Assembly (NCBI GenBank): GCA_049303795.1
Contig: JBAQNM010000007.1
Span: forward strand, 13,665-77,664
Reading direction: 5' to 3'
DNA length: 64,000 nt
Source: Candidatus Moraniibacteriota bacterium
GTDB taxonomy: Bacteria > Patescibacteriota > Minisyncoccia > Moranbacterales > UBA2206
Positions 1 through 9,818 of the stretch are shown here, one piece after another. A program made the position numbers and the translations under genes. The first letter of the stretch is position 1. Each line of letters begins with the position of its first letter. Below the pieces are notes generated by a model. The model searched no databases. It had not been told where the DNA came from and saw only the letters and a program-made list of their open reading frames with translations.

Positions 1-617
1 AGCGCCATGGAGTATATATTTTAATTTCTTCCGTAATAATAATTATCACAATCTATTTGACCTATTCTTATGCTGCTTGGCTTTCTTTATTATTAGCATT
101 TGGTATAGTTTTGGACTTAGAAAAAAAACTATTTAAAAAAATTAGCCTAATACTTCTGCTTATGATAGGCTTATTTTTTCTTCAACAAGGAAAAAGTAAA
201 TTTTTAGATTTGGTGAGCTTAGATTCTAGGTCATCTTTTTCTTCAAGAATAATGATCTGGCAATCAGCAGAAAAAATATTAGCCGATAATTGGTTTTGGG
301 GTATTGGCGCGGGTAATTTTCAGACAAAATATCTTGAATATCAAAAATATTTTTCACCATATCTAGAGTGGGCAGTGCCACATCCGCATAATTTATTTCT
401 GACCTGGTGGCTTTATTCTGGAATTATTGGGTTGATTGGATTTATTTTGCTAATTTTTGTTTGGTTTAGGGATATCCTAGTAGGCCAAAAAAAATCCAGC
501 CTAGGACTTATGGGGCTGGGAATAATGTTTTATTTTCTATTGCATGGTCTTTTCGACACAACCTATTTTAAAAACGATTTAGCGATTATTTTTTGGTTGT
601 TATTCAGCTTAATCTAG
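1..617 (+). CDS. O-antigen ligase family (Wzy_C/WaaL-like) membrane protein, C-terminal part. The frame is open to the window edge, so the gene is 5'-truncated by the window.
   Basis: Multi-TM ORF with a GIGAGNF motif and an HPHN motif typical of the Wzy_C domain. No in-frame stop between position 1 and the first Met at 57. Paralogous to the C-terminus of ORF 43778..45565. Confidence 0.55.
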   Translation, partial: RHGVYILISSVIIIITIYLTYSYAAWLSLLLAFGIVLDLEKKLFKKISLILLLMIGLFFLQQGKSKFLDLVSLDSRSSFSSRIMIWQSAEKILADNWFWGIGAGNFQTKYLEYQKYFSPYLEWAVPHPHNLFLTWWLYSGIIGLIGFILLIFVWFRDILVGQKKSSLGLMGLGIMFYFLLHGLFDTTYFKNDLAIIFWLLFSLI

Positions 618-1753
618 AGATTGGCGCGATAAAGCTTTCCGTCTGTGCGATTGATGAAAAATAAAAGACTTTCATCTGTATTAAGAAACAATTTTGTAGC
701 ATCATAACTGCCATTTATCTTGTCTATTTCGAGACTGCGAGATTTTTCTCCTGTTGCTGTGTTGATTTTCCAAAAAGTATCAATCGTATTGATTTTACCT
801 TGATCATAGTCATTAGGTATGACAGCATTATCCGGAATTCCTCCTGGCAGAGCGCAGATGATATTTTTGTTGTCACTGAGCCAAACGCATTTAGAAACGA
901 GTGTTGGAACGTTCAGGCGTTTCAATTCTCCTCCAATGGAGTTTATAATAGAAAGTTGTATTTTTGATCCACCACTAGTTTCCACGCTACTAACTAAAGC
1001 TTTTGTTCCATTATTATTCCAAAGATAATCGGCGCCAAAAACTCCTTTAAACAATTCTCTTTCACCTCCACCAACGATCGAAACTGATTTAAGGCTGGTC
1101 TCTGAAAAAGAATCGGCTTTATTCCAAAAAGAAACTAAGCTACTTTGAGGGATTTGAGTAATAGAAATATCACGAACATTAATATCGGCTAGTTTTATCC
1201 ATTCAGTGCCATCCGGGTTAGAAATAGAGAGAGTCCTTTGTTTTGTTGTAGTATCATAGTATTTATAGAAAATACGATTGCTGGTATTCTGCCAGGCAAC
1301 TTCATCAACATTTTGTTTAAGAGGCGTTTCCTGTTGATTGGGATCATAATAATAGAAGTTTGTACTTTCTCCACTAACAGTTTTTGTGATCACCTTGGTT
1401 TTGTCCGGTGACCAGGTAGCAGAAACAATACCCGCGGCTGTTTTATTAGGAAGGGACTTTTTTCCGTTGCCATTAAAATCAATTTGATAGGCACGTCCGG
1501 TAGTTTTGGAATAATAATCAATCATGCTAGGATCTTTACTGATTGTTGCTGCAACAACAGCTTCATCTGTGATGGCAATAATTGATTCTGGGTTTGTTTT
1601 TTTTGTATCTTTCGGCGTGTTATTTTCTACGACTATATGTGATTTATCTCCAGAGCTTGGAGTTTCAAATGCAAATTTATAGATGCCAAAAAAAAGCAAA
1701 GAAATGCAAAACAAAGTCAAGGATATGTAAAAAAATATTTTATTTTTAGGCAT
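614..1753 (-). CDS. Membrane-anchored hypothetical protein with a beta-propeller-like (TolB/PD40-like) repeat region
   Basis: 379-aa ORF with an N-terminal TM helix and repeated W/Y-rich strands (WSPDKTKV, LWNNNGTKALV). Its end overlaps the upstream ORF by 4 nt. Confidence 0.45.
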   Translation of the reverse strand: MPKNKIFFYISLTLFCISLLFFGIYKFAFETPSSGDKSHIVVENNTPKDTKKTNPESIIAITDEAVVAATISKDPSMIDYYSKTTGRAYQIDFNGNGKKSLPNKTAAGIVSATWSPDKTKVITKTVSGESTNFYYYDPNQQETPLKQNVDEVAWQNTSNRIFYKYYDTTTKQRTLSISNPDGTEWIKLADINVRDISITQIPQSSLVSFWNKADSFSETSLKSVSIVGGGERELFKGVFGADYLWNNNGTKALVSSVETSGGSKIQLSIINSIGGELKRLNVPTLVSKCVWLSDNKNIICALPGGIPDNAVIPNDYDQGKINTIDTFWKINTATGEKSRSLEIDKINGSYDATKLFLNTDESLLFFINRTDGKLYRANL

Positions 1754-1774
1754 AATTTTTTTAAACAGTTTTCT

Positions 1775-2698
1775 TTATAAGCCACTATCACACATACAAC
1801 CAGAAGGAGCGATGCTAATATGAACATGAGTTCCTTCAACAAGACTTTTCGCACCACAAGTAGTGGCAATTGCAGTTATTTCAGAGGATGTTCCTTCGTC
1901 ACCAATATAGTCTGATTTTGCAATATCCGCTGCATAAGATTTTCCATGACATTTTCCTCCATAGTGACAAGAGCCTGGTCTATGAAAACAACAGTTAGTT
2001 TGAGCTTGAGCTGTACATTGTTTCCAAGCTGGATGATCAGCATAGCAATTAACGCCACCATTGCCATCGGAAATAGAAGTTATTGTAATAAATGCTCTAT
2101 CTTCTCCTTGTGGAATATGATTGTACATGCAAGATAGTAGGGTTTGTAGTTCTGATGAGGCGTCTGCATATTGAGCAGCTATTCCAGCTTGGAACACCAT
2201 ATCACTAGGTGCGACAGGATTTGCTGGTAAGCCGCCTTGTCCAGCTTCTGTTATGGATGTTGAAGAGCTAACGGTGGAGCATTCAAAGGTATTCCAGGCG
2301 CTTTTTCCGATGCCCATATCTGCTTTAACAGATAGCATCGTTAATGCAGTATAAACAAGAAGCCATGCCCCAAGCATTAAAGCAAAGCCAATAACAACAT
2401 TTGTGGTAAGAGCTTTTGCTTTAGTCATCATCGTTGATGTTCCAGCTGAAACGACATACATAACTCCAGCAATAACAATTCCAAGAATCGAAACAACAAT
2501 AAGAATACCCATGCCAAAATCAATGATGTTTTTAATAAGCACAAATAAATGACAAAGAGTGCAGGGATCTGATGCTCCAAGTCCACAAGGAACAAGTCCA
2601 GCGGCGAGTAATTTTTTAGTTGGAAAAAATAAAGAAAAAATTAAAAGAATTGTGAATAATAATTTATTAAAACTAATAATTTTTGCAATTTTTTTCAT
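1775..2698 (-). CDS. T4SS pilin-like (TrbC/VirB2-like, Cys-motif) membrane protein with a C-terminal Cys-rich putative LAS-type (peptidase M15-like) zinc hydrolase domain
   Basis: Signal/TM segment followed by LVPCG...DPCTLCHLF and then two hydrophobic helices carrying a SAG..KAK motif, the pattern of Patescibacteria/Gram-positive T4SS pilins. The C-terminal half contains H-x6-D (HGKSYAAD) and EGTHVH (ExxH / HxH), compatible with a LAS zinc peptidase. The domain call is inference. Confidence 0.5.
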   Translation of the reverse strand: MKKIAKIISFNKLLFTILLIFSLFFPTKKLLAAGLVPCGLGASDPCTLCHLFVLIKNIIDFGMGILIVVSILGIVIAGVMYVVSAGTSTMMTKAKALTTNVVIGFALMLGAWLLVYTALTMLSVKADMGIGKSAWNTFECSTVSSSTSITEAGQGGLPANPVAPSDMVFQAGIAAQYADASSELQTLLSCMYNHIPQGEDRAFITITSISDGNGGVNCYADHPAWKQCTAQAQTNCCFHRPGSCHYGGKCHGKSYAADIAKSDYIGDEGTSSEITAIATTCGAKSLVEGTHVHISIAPSGCMCDSGL

Positions 2699-2702
2699 AT
2701 AT

Positions 2703-3659
2703 TTATTCTAGGTTTGTGCCAGCACATTTATTATAAAAATTTAAAACGACTGATGTTCTGGCGGGAACAACACAATATCCCCCACAATCCTTTGGGCAGT
2801 CCCATTTTTCATATGGATGTCCGTAACTATTAGTCATTCCAGTGCAGCTACTACTGACTGTTAGGGCGCCTTTTCCACCATTATAGCCAGCATAGCGATC
2901 TCTAATTACCTGAGCGGGAGGGTTCGATCTTCCTGCATTTACAACGTAGTTATTTGCAAGATAATATGCTCCACATTCTATGGCTTTTTGTGGATTTTGT
3001 TCTAATTCGTCACAAGTTGGACTTCCTGGGCAACCACTTGCTCTTGTTTGCATTGCGCCACAATCTTGACCACCATTAGTGCGTGAAGGTTGTTGCTTGC
3101 AACTTGATTCAATAGCTGCAGCGGCTTCTATCAAGCATTTATCAAGGCCAGATGTTCCAGCCACAGTGGTGAAGATTGTTTGCCACTCCGCACTTGAACA
3201 ATCGCTGGGTAATGGCGAATCTATTTTTGGATAGGTTCCATCATAACTTCTAGCAGCATCGGAGATCAGTTTGTCAACGCTCTTAATATCAAGCAGGGCT
3301 GGATTTATGGTGTAGATTAAGATATAGGAAATCATAGCAAGAATCACTCCAGCAATGGCATCCGTAATAATTCCCTTGGCTTTTCCGGCCGTGCTGGTGT
3401 TGCCGGCACTTCCAATATACATAAAAGCACCAATAGAAATCATTAAGACAGCTGATATTCCAATTGTCCAAATGCCGAAGTTATAAATAGCTGCCACGTA
3501 TTGCTGATAATTTTCAGGCCTGCCAAATCCAGGAATTTCTTCCATGGGAGTGTATACCAATTTACTTAGATCTGCGGCAAAAGAAAGCGAGGGTAGAAAA
3601 ATCGAAAAAAACAAAAAGAAAAAAAGTGTTTTTTTGAGGTTTAATTTAAAATTCATCAT
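2703..3659 (-). CDS. Pilin-like membrane protein fused to a family-1 lytic transglycosylase (SLT/VirB1-like) domain
   Basis: Signal peptide and two hydrophobic helices with a SAGN..AGKAKG..INP motif resembling the neighbouring pilin-like ORF. The C-terminal region carries all four SLT motifs in order: AIESS (ES), GAMQ (GLMQ), AIECGAYYLANNY (xxGxxYL) and RYAGYNGG (AYNAG). Confidence 0.6.
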   Translation of the reverse strand: MMNFKLNLKKTLFFFLFFSIFLPSLSFAADLSKLVYTPMEEIPGFGRPENYQQYVAAIYNFGIWTIGISAVLMISIGAFMYIGSAGNTSTAGKAKGIITDAIAGVILAMISYILIYTINPALLDIKSVDKLISDAARSYDGTYPKIDSPLPSDCSSAEWQTIFTTVAGTSGLDKCLIEAAAAIESSCKQQPSRTNGGQDCGAMQTRASGCPGSPTCDELEQNPQKAIECGAYYLANNYVVNAGRSNPPAQVIRDRYAGYNGGKGALTVSSSCTGMTNSYGHPYEKWDCPKDCGGYCVVPARTSVVLNFYNKCAGTNLE

Positions 3660-6606
3660 AATGATAAGTTTTTGTTTTAGGTATTAAAAATGTAAGTATT
3701 TTTAATAGAAATAAAATTACAAAACCGGAAAGGACAATGCGAAAAAGAAAGACTATATAACTAGGAATCCCTGCTGAAATAGTGGCCAATATTTTTTGTG
3801 AGTTAGTTTTAGCCTTAACAAGAGCGCTATCTGCCATAGTGATTTTGATAGCATGAGTGAGTCTTTTTTCATAAAAATCATCATAGCCGACCTTCCAATA
3901 TTTATTAAGCACTTTGTTTACTTTTATATCTTGAGAATAAAGAGCTGAGAAATCGATTTGATAGGCTTCACCATAATCTTTTGCTGGTAGGGTTAATGCT
4001 CCGTCTGTAATCCCATAGCCATATTCTACAACATTTTCTTCTGTGATCACGTCGCCATTTATTACCCATTTGTATTCTTTTCGATTATCTGGATTAGTTA
4101 AGTCAATTCCTGATCCCTTAGGGGTTAGGACTATTTCAAAGCCTGTTAGTGCGTTGAAGTCTATTTTACTTCGAACTTCAACAGGATTTCCGGTGAGAGG
4201 GTCTGTGCTACTTTCTGTTAATTTTGCACGACAAGTATATTGAGCAGGATCAGCCGGATTATTAAATTCTTTCGGGATAATTTCAACAGAAGGGGTGACG
4301 ATCTTAAATGTTCTCGTTAAGTTTATTTTTTCCCCAGTATCTTTTTTTACAGCAATAAGGTTTACTGTGAATTCATCACCAATTGATTTTAAAACTGGAA
4401 AATAATTAATATTTGTCTGGGTTTGGTCGGCATTTATGCAATCTTTAAAATCAGTAGCATTGGGACAGAATAAATTCGCCCCATCAAGAGACCATTTGAA
4501 ATTATCATAATCGCTAGGACCGTCAATTTTTACTCCTAAGAGTGTATTTTTTGATACATTACAAACAGCATCTGGAGTGATTATCCCCCCAATATTTTGA
4601 ACACACAACTCTTTTGTCGAAGAACTGTCGTCGATATCTACTGAAAGGGGCGTGTCGGTTATTACTGTTGGATAAACCATAATTCTTTTTTCTGTAGAAT
4701 AGATTGGTATAATGACATCTGTGCGACCCTCTCTTTCATCTCCTCCAGTGAGGCTGTCTTTAACAACCAGTTTTACTTTTAAATATTTTGGGATGCTAGG
4801 CATTGAAGCGGAGGTTTCAAAGTTCAGTTTAAAACTAAAATTATCAACACCCAATCCAACTGTCTGAGTTGCTTCAGGAAGCTCATCTTTTGTTAGGAGT
4901 GTCCAAGTGTCTGAATCTGAAGTGGAAGCATAGGAAACCTGCCATTCATAATTTAGATATTCCAAATTTTGTGCATTATTTATGAATGAACTAAGAGAAA
5001 GCTCACTGCCATTTTTTAGACCACTGGAGTCATTAGTTGGATTTTTAGGGCTGTATGCAATAGTAACCTCCATTTTTTCTTTTGATCCGCCGCCTTCTGC
5101 TGGCGTTAGCAGGTTTTCATAAAGACACTTATTTAGATCTTTAACTTTAAGATTGGTTCGAGAAATATCTTGATTTGTGAGGTCAAAGGCGTTACAAGTG
5201 TAGGTTGTGTCAGCGGTAGTATCGCTTGAGTCATTTTCATATTCATAATCAAGAATAGTAACATTTTCATCATCAGGACAGGATGATTCTCGAAGTATTG
5301 TATACGCTTGAAGTGGTGACCTAGGTGTTGCTGGTAATCCAGTCGAATCATCCGTGCAAGTAACAGTCGTTTCAGTTATTACATGCGTTCTGACATCTCC
5401 TGAGTCGTTGATTTGTGTTCCAGCTATAATAAAAGGGTAAGTTGTTTTTTTCACAACTATTGTGCAGGTTAGATCTGGTATTGGAGGAATAGCAAGCGGG
5501 TCGCCTATTTGAGATTGCGTCGTGGTTGTTGTCGTGACTGTCGGAGAATAGCCTCCATCATTTTCTCCAAAACCATCTGCATCTAGTAATTCATCGCAGG
5601 TATTTTTTGAAAAAGCCCACATAGTTTTATAGCTAGAGTCTTTTTCCTGTGTTGGCTCAATGGAAACACCCTCAATTGCAACACCGATCTTATCACCGGC
5701 ACTATAGTTGAATTTAAAGGTAGCTCTTCCAAGCCCAGCAACAGTGGCTTCATCAAACTGACCAGCTTGAGAGGTATCCCGGGAATTAGGATTGGTACGC
5801 CAAAAACCTTCTTCCCTTTTGCCAAAATTAAAATCCTTTGCAGCTGTTAATTCGCTAATGCCTTTTGAGCCATTTATTATTATGTCGTTATCAACTGCAT
5901 TTGGAAAAAGATGTCCGCACTCACAGTTTTCACTGTCATTGCAATCCGCTAGCTCATATTCATCTCCAGATTCTACATCGTGGATAAAGCAGTGAGCGTT
6001 TTTTCCTTTTTGATCTTCACCTCCACTAGATGCATCATAACTATCTTGATCGTCAATGTAGCTAGGAGGATCATAGACGTTAGTATCTGCCCTACCGTTT
6101 CCATCGGGATCCCAATTAAAGTCATCACTAGCAATAATGCGCATAGCTTTAATTTTGTAATCTTCAATATCAACCTCTTCATCATGATTAAGGTCGCATT
6201 TTTCGAAATCGCCAGGCAAAAACTTATCCTTATAATCTTCTCCATCAATCATTTCATCATAACAACGAGCATTTTTTAGATACCAAGTGAAATATAGATT
6301 GTTGGTAGTGTTGAGGAAAAAATTCGGCATTGCTGTTACGTTTAACTCATCCCCTGGTGCGGGATTTGTTGGAGTAAAAACAAGCATAACTTGTGGTTGA
6401 TTTTTCTTTTGCCTGGATACGTTGGCTGTTTTAATGGTGTTTTTTAATTCAGCCTTATCAACTCCAAGATCTTTCATAACCTTGTTTGTCATGCTGACTG
6501 GATTGATGCTAAGACCACCAAAGGCATAAAGAAAATTTACATTTAACGAAAAAGCTATTAGGACAATAAAAACAGAAAGAAATATTTTTTTTAATTTAGT
6601 TTTCAT
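3646..6606 (-). CDS. Giant (986 aa) secreted surface protein with a C-terminal membrane anchor. Candidate adhesin of the T4SS-like module.
   Basis: N-terminal signal peptide and a long Thr/Asp/Asn-rich extracellular region with TTTTTTQ and DxDxDG-like stretches. A hydrophobic anchor lies near the C-terminus (IVFLFRIVLSGFVILFLLKILTF). Overlaps the downstream ORF start by 14 nt. Confidence 0.55.
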   Translation of the reverse strand: MKTKLKKIFLSVFIVLIAFSLNVNFLYAFGGLSINPVSMTNKVMKDLGVDKAELKNTIKTANVSRQKKNQPQVMLVFTPTNPAPGDELNVTAMPNFFLNTTNNLYFTWYLKNARCYDEMIDGEDYKDKFLPGDFEKCDLNHDEEVDIEDYKIKAMRIIASDDFNWDPDGNGRADTNVYDPPSYIDDQDSYDASSGGEDQKGKNAHCFIHDVESGDEYELADCNDSENCECGHLFPNAVDNDIIINGSKGISELTAAKDFNFGKREEGFWRTNPNSRDTSQAGQFDEATVAGLGRATFKFNYSAGDKIGVAIEGVSIEPTQEKDSSYKTMWAFSKNTCDELLDADGFGENDGGYSPTVTTTTTTQSQIGDPLAIPPIPDLTCTIVVKKTTYPFIIAGTQINDSGDVRTHVITETTVTCTDDSTGLPATPRSPLQAYTILRESSCPDDENVTILDYEYENDSSDTTADTTYTCNAFDLTNQDISRTNLKVKDLNKCLYENLLTPAEGGGSKEKMEVTIAYSPKNPTNDSSGLKNGSELSLSSFINNAQNLEYLNYEWQVSYASTSDSDTWTLLTKDELPEATQTVGLGVDNFSFKLNFETSASMPSIPKYLKVKLVVKDSLTGGDEREGRTDVIIPIYSTEKRIMVYPTVITDTPLSVDIDDSSSTKELCVQNIGGIITPDAVCNVSKNTLLGVKIDGPSDYDNFKWSLDGANLFCPNATDFKDCINADQTQTNINYFPVLKSIGDEFTVNLIAVKKDTGEKINLTRTFKIVTPSVEIIPKEFNNPADPAQYTCRAKLTESSTDPLTGNPVEVRSKIDFNALTGFEIVLTPKGSGIDLTNPDNRKEYKWVINGDVITEENVVEYGYGITDGALTLPAKDYGEAYQIDFSALYSQDIKVNKVLNKYWKVGYDDFYEKRLTHAIKITMADSALVKAKTNSQKILATISAGIPSYIVFLFRIVLSGFVILFLLKILTFLIPKTKTYHYDEF

Positions 6607-7274
6607 TTTGATAAATAAATAATATATGCATCTAGAATTATTATAGCAAAAATATTCATAAAATACGAATATAAAAAAGATTTTGTTTTATAAGCCAAAA
6701 TTCCGCCCGTAATTGAAAATAAAATCATCGGTAATATTTCCCAAGAAAAGGATTTAGTCACAAGTATTATAAAAAAATAGCTTCCAGCTTGAATAATAAT
6801 AGACCAATAGTGAAATTTTTTTTGAAAAAAAGAAATTATAACACCACGAAAGAAAAAATCATGAATGAAAAATATAAAATTAACAATAATTAGTTCATAG
6901 ATTAGATAGCTCCAAAAACTGGAAAGGACATTAGGAGGGAGTTTGTAGCCTGATTGAAATCCCGAATAATTTAGGAGTAAATAAAAAAGGAGTAATGAAA
7001 ATAAAAGAAGTCCACTTCCCCAACGAAGAGCAATTCCTCGATTTTTGAGATTAAATCCAAAATCAGCCATCTTTTCTCCAAGTATTATTTTGATGTAAAT
7101 AAGGGGGAAAATAACCAGAAAAAAAATATTTTTAGTAAGTAGTTGGGCAGAGTTTTCTGCTGGAAAAGTAGTATTAAGAAAAAGACAAATGAAAAGTACA
7201 AGAGCATTTAATAGTAATGCCTGGTTATTAATAAATGAGTTTAAGTTGTATCGATTTTTTTTAAATAAGCGCAT
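6603..7274 (-). CDS. Polytopic membrane protein, possibly a degenerate CPBP (CAAX protease/Abi)-like family member
   Basis: 223-aa ORF with at least six predicted TM helices. FIHDFFFRG resembles the EExxFRG motif and ITGGILAYKTKS the C-terminal CPBP motif. The catalytic residues are not all recognisable. Confidence 0.35.
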   Translation of the reverse strand: MRLFKKNRYNLNSFINNQALLLNALVLFICLFLNTTFPAENSAQLLTKNIFFLVIFPLIYIKIILGEKMADFGFNLKNRGIALRWGSGLLLFSLLLFYLLLNYSGFQSGYKLPPNVLSSFWSYLIYELIIVNFIFFIHDFFFRGVIISFFQKKFHYWSIIIQAGSYFFIILVTKSFSWEILPMILFSITGGILAYKTKSFLYSYFMNIFAIIILDAYIIYLSK

Positions 7275-7313
7275 GGAATGTTGATGGGTTAAATTTATTT
7301 AGGAGTGAGTTTT

Positions 7314-7961
7314 TTATTTTTGGGCTTTTTTTGCTTCAGCTTCATCTTTTCTCTCCATGAGAATAAGTGTGAATGCTGTGCAAGCAGTAGCTGTTTCGAT
7401 TGGAGCGAAATTTACTCCAAAAAAGAACATTTCGACACCTGTTCCTGTGATGAGTGAAAACCATTTCATGATTTTTAACTTCATTTTTTTCTTGGATCCA
7501 AATGAGGAATGAGAGCCGCAAAAAAGCATGGCAAAAAAAATTGTAATTGAAGTCATAAGCGTGATGAGTGTTCCGATGAGGGGTAGTGAGCCGACTCCAA
7601 TAAAATCCAGATAATCTTTAGCCATTGCTACCAGTATGGCAAGAAAAAAAAAGACATCAGAAAATTTAATCAAACGAATAAGTGACAATGTGCTGGTTGG
7701 TTTTATATCTTCGGTGGGATTTGAATTTTGCGCGCCAGAACGCCTCTTGAGTCCTTCTGTTCTATTAATAGAATCTTGAAAATCACGACGCCATTTTTCC
7801 GATTGAGCTTTATTTCCATCGCTTCCTGAAGACATCCCAGGAGGCATATTTGGTCGATTGTCGATAGCCTTACCACCTTCCTTTATTCTTTGTGTATTAT
7901 TTATGGAATCTTGAAAAGCGCTATTTTGTTGGTCGTTGTATTTATTAAATGATTCTCCCAT
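7314..7961 (-). CDS. Hypothetical membrane protein with a disordered N-terminal region and two or three C-terminal TM helices
   Basis: 215-aa ORF located directly downstream of VirB4 in the same operon orientation. No recognisable catalytic motif. Confidence 0.4.
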   Translation of the reverse strand: MGESFNKYNDQQNSAFQDSINNTQRIKEGGKAIDNRPNMPPGMSSGSDGNKAQSEKWRRDFQDSINRTEGLKRRSGAQNSNPTEDIKPTSTLSLIRLIKFSDVFFFLAILVAMAKDYLDFIGVGSLPLIGTLITLMTSITIFFAMLFCGSHSSFGSKKKMKLKIMKWFSLITGTGVEMFFFGVNFAPIETATACTAFTLILMERKDEAEAKKAQK

Positions 7962-7973
7962 AGGTAGCTATTA

Positions 7974-9818
7974 TTAAAAATTCGCTTCTTCCTCTTCAAG
8001 ATCTTTTTTGGCTTGTTCTATTTCTAGAAGTTGTGATGGATCTGTTGTGATGATTTGATCTTCGGAATAGGAAGCAACAACCTTAATGGCAACATGTTTG
8101 GCTCCGGCAAAGAAAATACCTTCCCCGATGTTGCTTTCTAGAAGCAGAAATTTTTCCTGATCAGTGAGATAAAATGTGTCGCAAATGATATCAATTGCGG
8201 CTGGTGATTGCTTGAGAAGAAGTTGGAGAGAAGAGTTTGTCACAATCGCTTTGCCATAGCGGGAAGATAAAAAGTCATTAACATCCTGAGTAATTGTGGT
8301 AAGTCCGGTGAAATATTTTCTGCAACGCTTAGCAATTCCAAATAAAAATGAAGCAGCGTCCTCTGATCTCATCATAACCCAAGCTTCATCAACTAAAACT
8401 AGGCGTTTCTTGATGTCAGTACGCATTTCATTCCAAATGAATTGTAGAATTGTATACATAGCAATCGGTCGTAACTCTTCTTCCATATCACGAATATTAA
8501 AAACAACCAATTGATTATCAATATTGATAGTTGTCGTGTTATTTAAAAAGCCACCAAAAATACCATCAGTATATTTTTCTAGTCGAATAGCGAGCATTTC
8601 TCCTCCGTCCATACTGCGGAGAACTTGATGCAGATCGGCCATAGTAGGAAAAGATTTTTTTGAGAGCATATTGAAGTCTGTTTCGATGGTAATATCTCTG
8701 ATGCTGTAAGTTTCATGAATAGCACGATCCAAAATAGAGTCTTCCTCAGGAGTGATTGAGCCAAGCATGATATGTAAAAGTCCGAGAAGATTAGCAATAT
8801 TATTACGTAAAACATCTTCTGGATCATCATCTTTACCAACTTTTGGTAGGTCGAAGGGGTTGAGATGATTAGTTGAATTGAGGGAGATTTTAATAAAAGA
8901 ACCATCAACAGTGTCACAAAGATGGCGATATTCGTTTTCTGGATCAATAATAATGACATTTGTACCAATCATCATAGAACGCAAAACTTCCAATTTAATC
9001 GTGTAACTTTTTCCAGCTCCAGATTTAGCGAAAACAACCATATTGGCATTTTCCATTTGAAAACGATCAAAAATAATCAAACTGTTGTTGTGGCGATTAA
9101 TACCATAAAGAATTCCGGCATTTGATGAAAGTGTGGATGAGACAAAAGGAAAAGTTGTAGAGAGAGGCGAACTATTCATATTAGTTCCTATGTCTAATTC
9201 GTCATTTGCCAGTGGTAATGAAGAGTTGAATCCCTGCTCTGCTTTAAAAATAGCTGGCTTAACATAAACTAACTGAGCTTCCATGATGGACTCGATGCTT
9301 TTGATGATCTCTGTTACGGATTTTTCGCTATCACCATAGGCAGTTATATAGAGAGCAAAACGAAAGAATTTTTCTGTGCCTTGTTGGAGTTTGTCACGTA
9401 ATTCGTCGATATCTCTTTGGGCGGTTTCCAATGCAGGATCACGGATAATGCCTTTTTCCTGTTCGATCATGAGTTGTGATTCTACTCGTGTGGCACTAGT
9501 GCGCAAGTTTTTTAGAATATCGCTGGTATCAACAGGATGAATGAACATTGAAATATCGATTGGCATATCAATATTTATAATGGGAGAAAACCAATTACTG
9601 TGAAGAAATCTTGGATAAGCAATGACAGAAATTGTTTGAGCAATTGTTTCTCCAATGCGAATAGATTTTGGCATGATTTGAATTGCAGCCGGAGCAATCA
9701 AGTCATTGAGCTTGGCTAATCCCTCTTGGTAGTATTTTTCTGACTCCAAAACCTCGTCTGTTGGCTGGACATTTTTTTGAGCATTAGCTGTGTCTTTTTT
9801 TGAAAAAAAGTTTAACAT
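7974..9818 (-). CDS. virB4: VirB4/TrbE/PrgJ-family conjugative ATPase, C-terminal ATPase portion
   Basis: Walker A VFAKSGAGKSYT and Walker B LVLVDEAW are present. The size and motif order are typical of VirB4-family ATPases. Confidence 0.85.
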   Translation of the reverse strand: MLNFFSKKDTANAQKNVQPTDEVLESEKYYQEGLAKLNDLIAPAAIQIMPKSIRIGETIAQTISVIAYPRFLHSNWFSPIINIDMPIDISMFIHPVDTSDILKNLRTSATRVESQLMIEQEKGIIRDPALETAQRDIDELRDKLQQGTEKFFRFALYITAYGDSEKSVTEIIKSIESIMEAQLVYVKPAIFKAEQGFNSSLPLANDELDIGTNMNSSPLSTTFPFVSSTLSSNAGILYGINRHNNSLIIFDRFQMENANMVVFAKSGAGKSYTIKLEVLRSMMIGTNVIIIDPENEYRHLCDTVDGSFIKISLNSTNHLNPFDLPKVGKDDDPEDVLRNNIANLLGLLHIMLGSITPEEDSILDRAIHETYSIRDITIETDFNMLSKKSFPTMADLHQVLRSMDGGEMLAIRLEKYTDGIFGGFLNNTTTINIDNQLVVFNIRDMEEELRPIAMYTILQFIWNEMRTDIKKRLVLVDEAWVMMRSEDAASFLFGIAKRCRKYFTGLTTITQDVNDFLSSRYGKAIVTNSSLQLLLKQSPAAIDIICDTFYLTDQEKFLLLESNIGEGIFFAGAKHVAIKVVASYSEDQIITTDPSQLLEIEQAKKDLEEEEANF

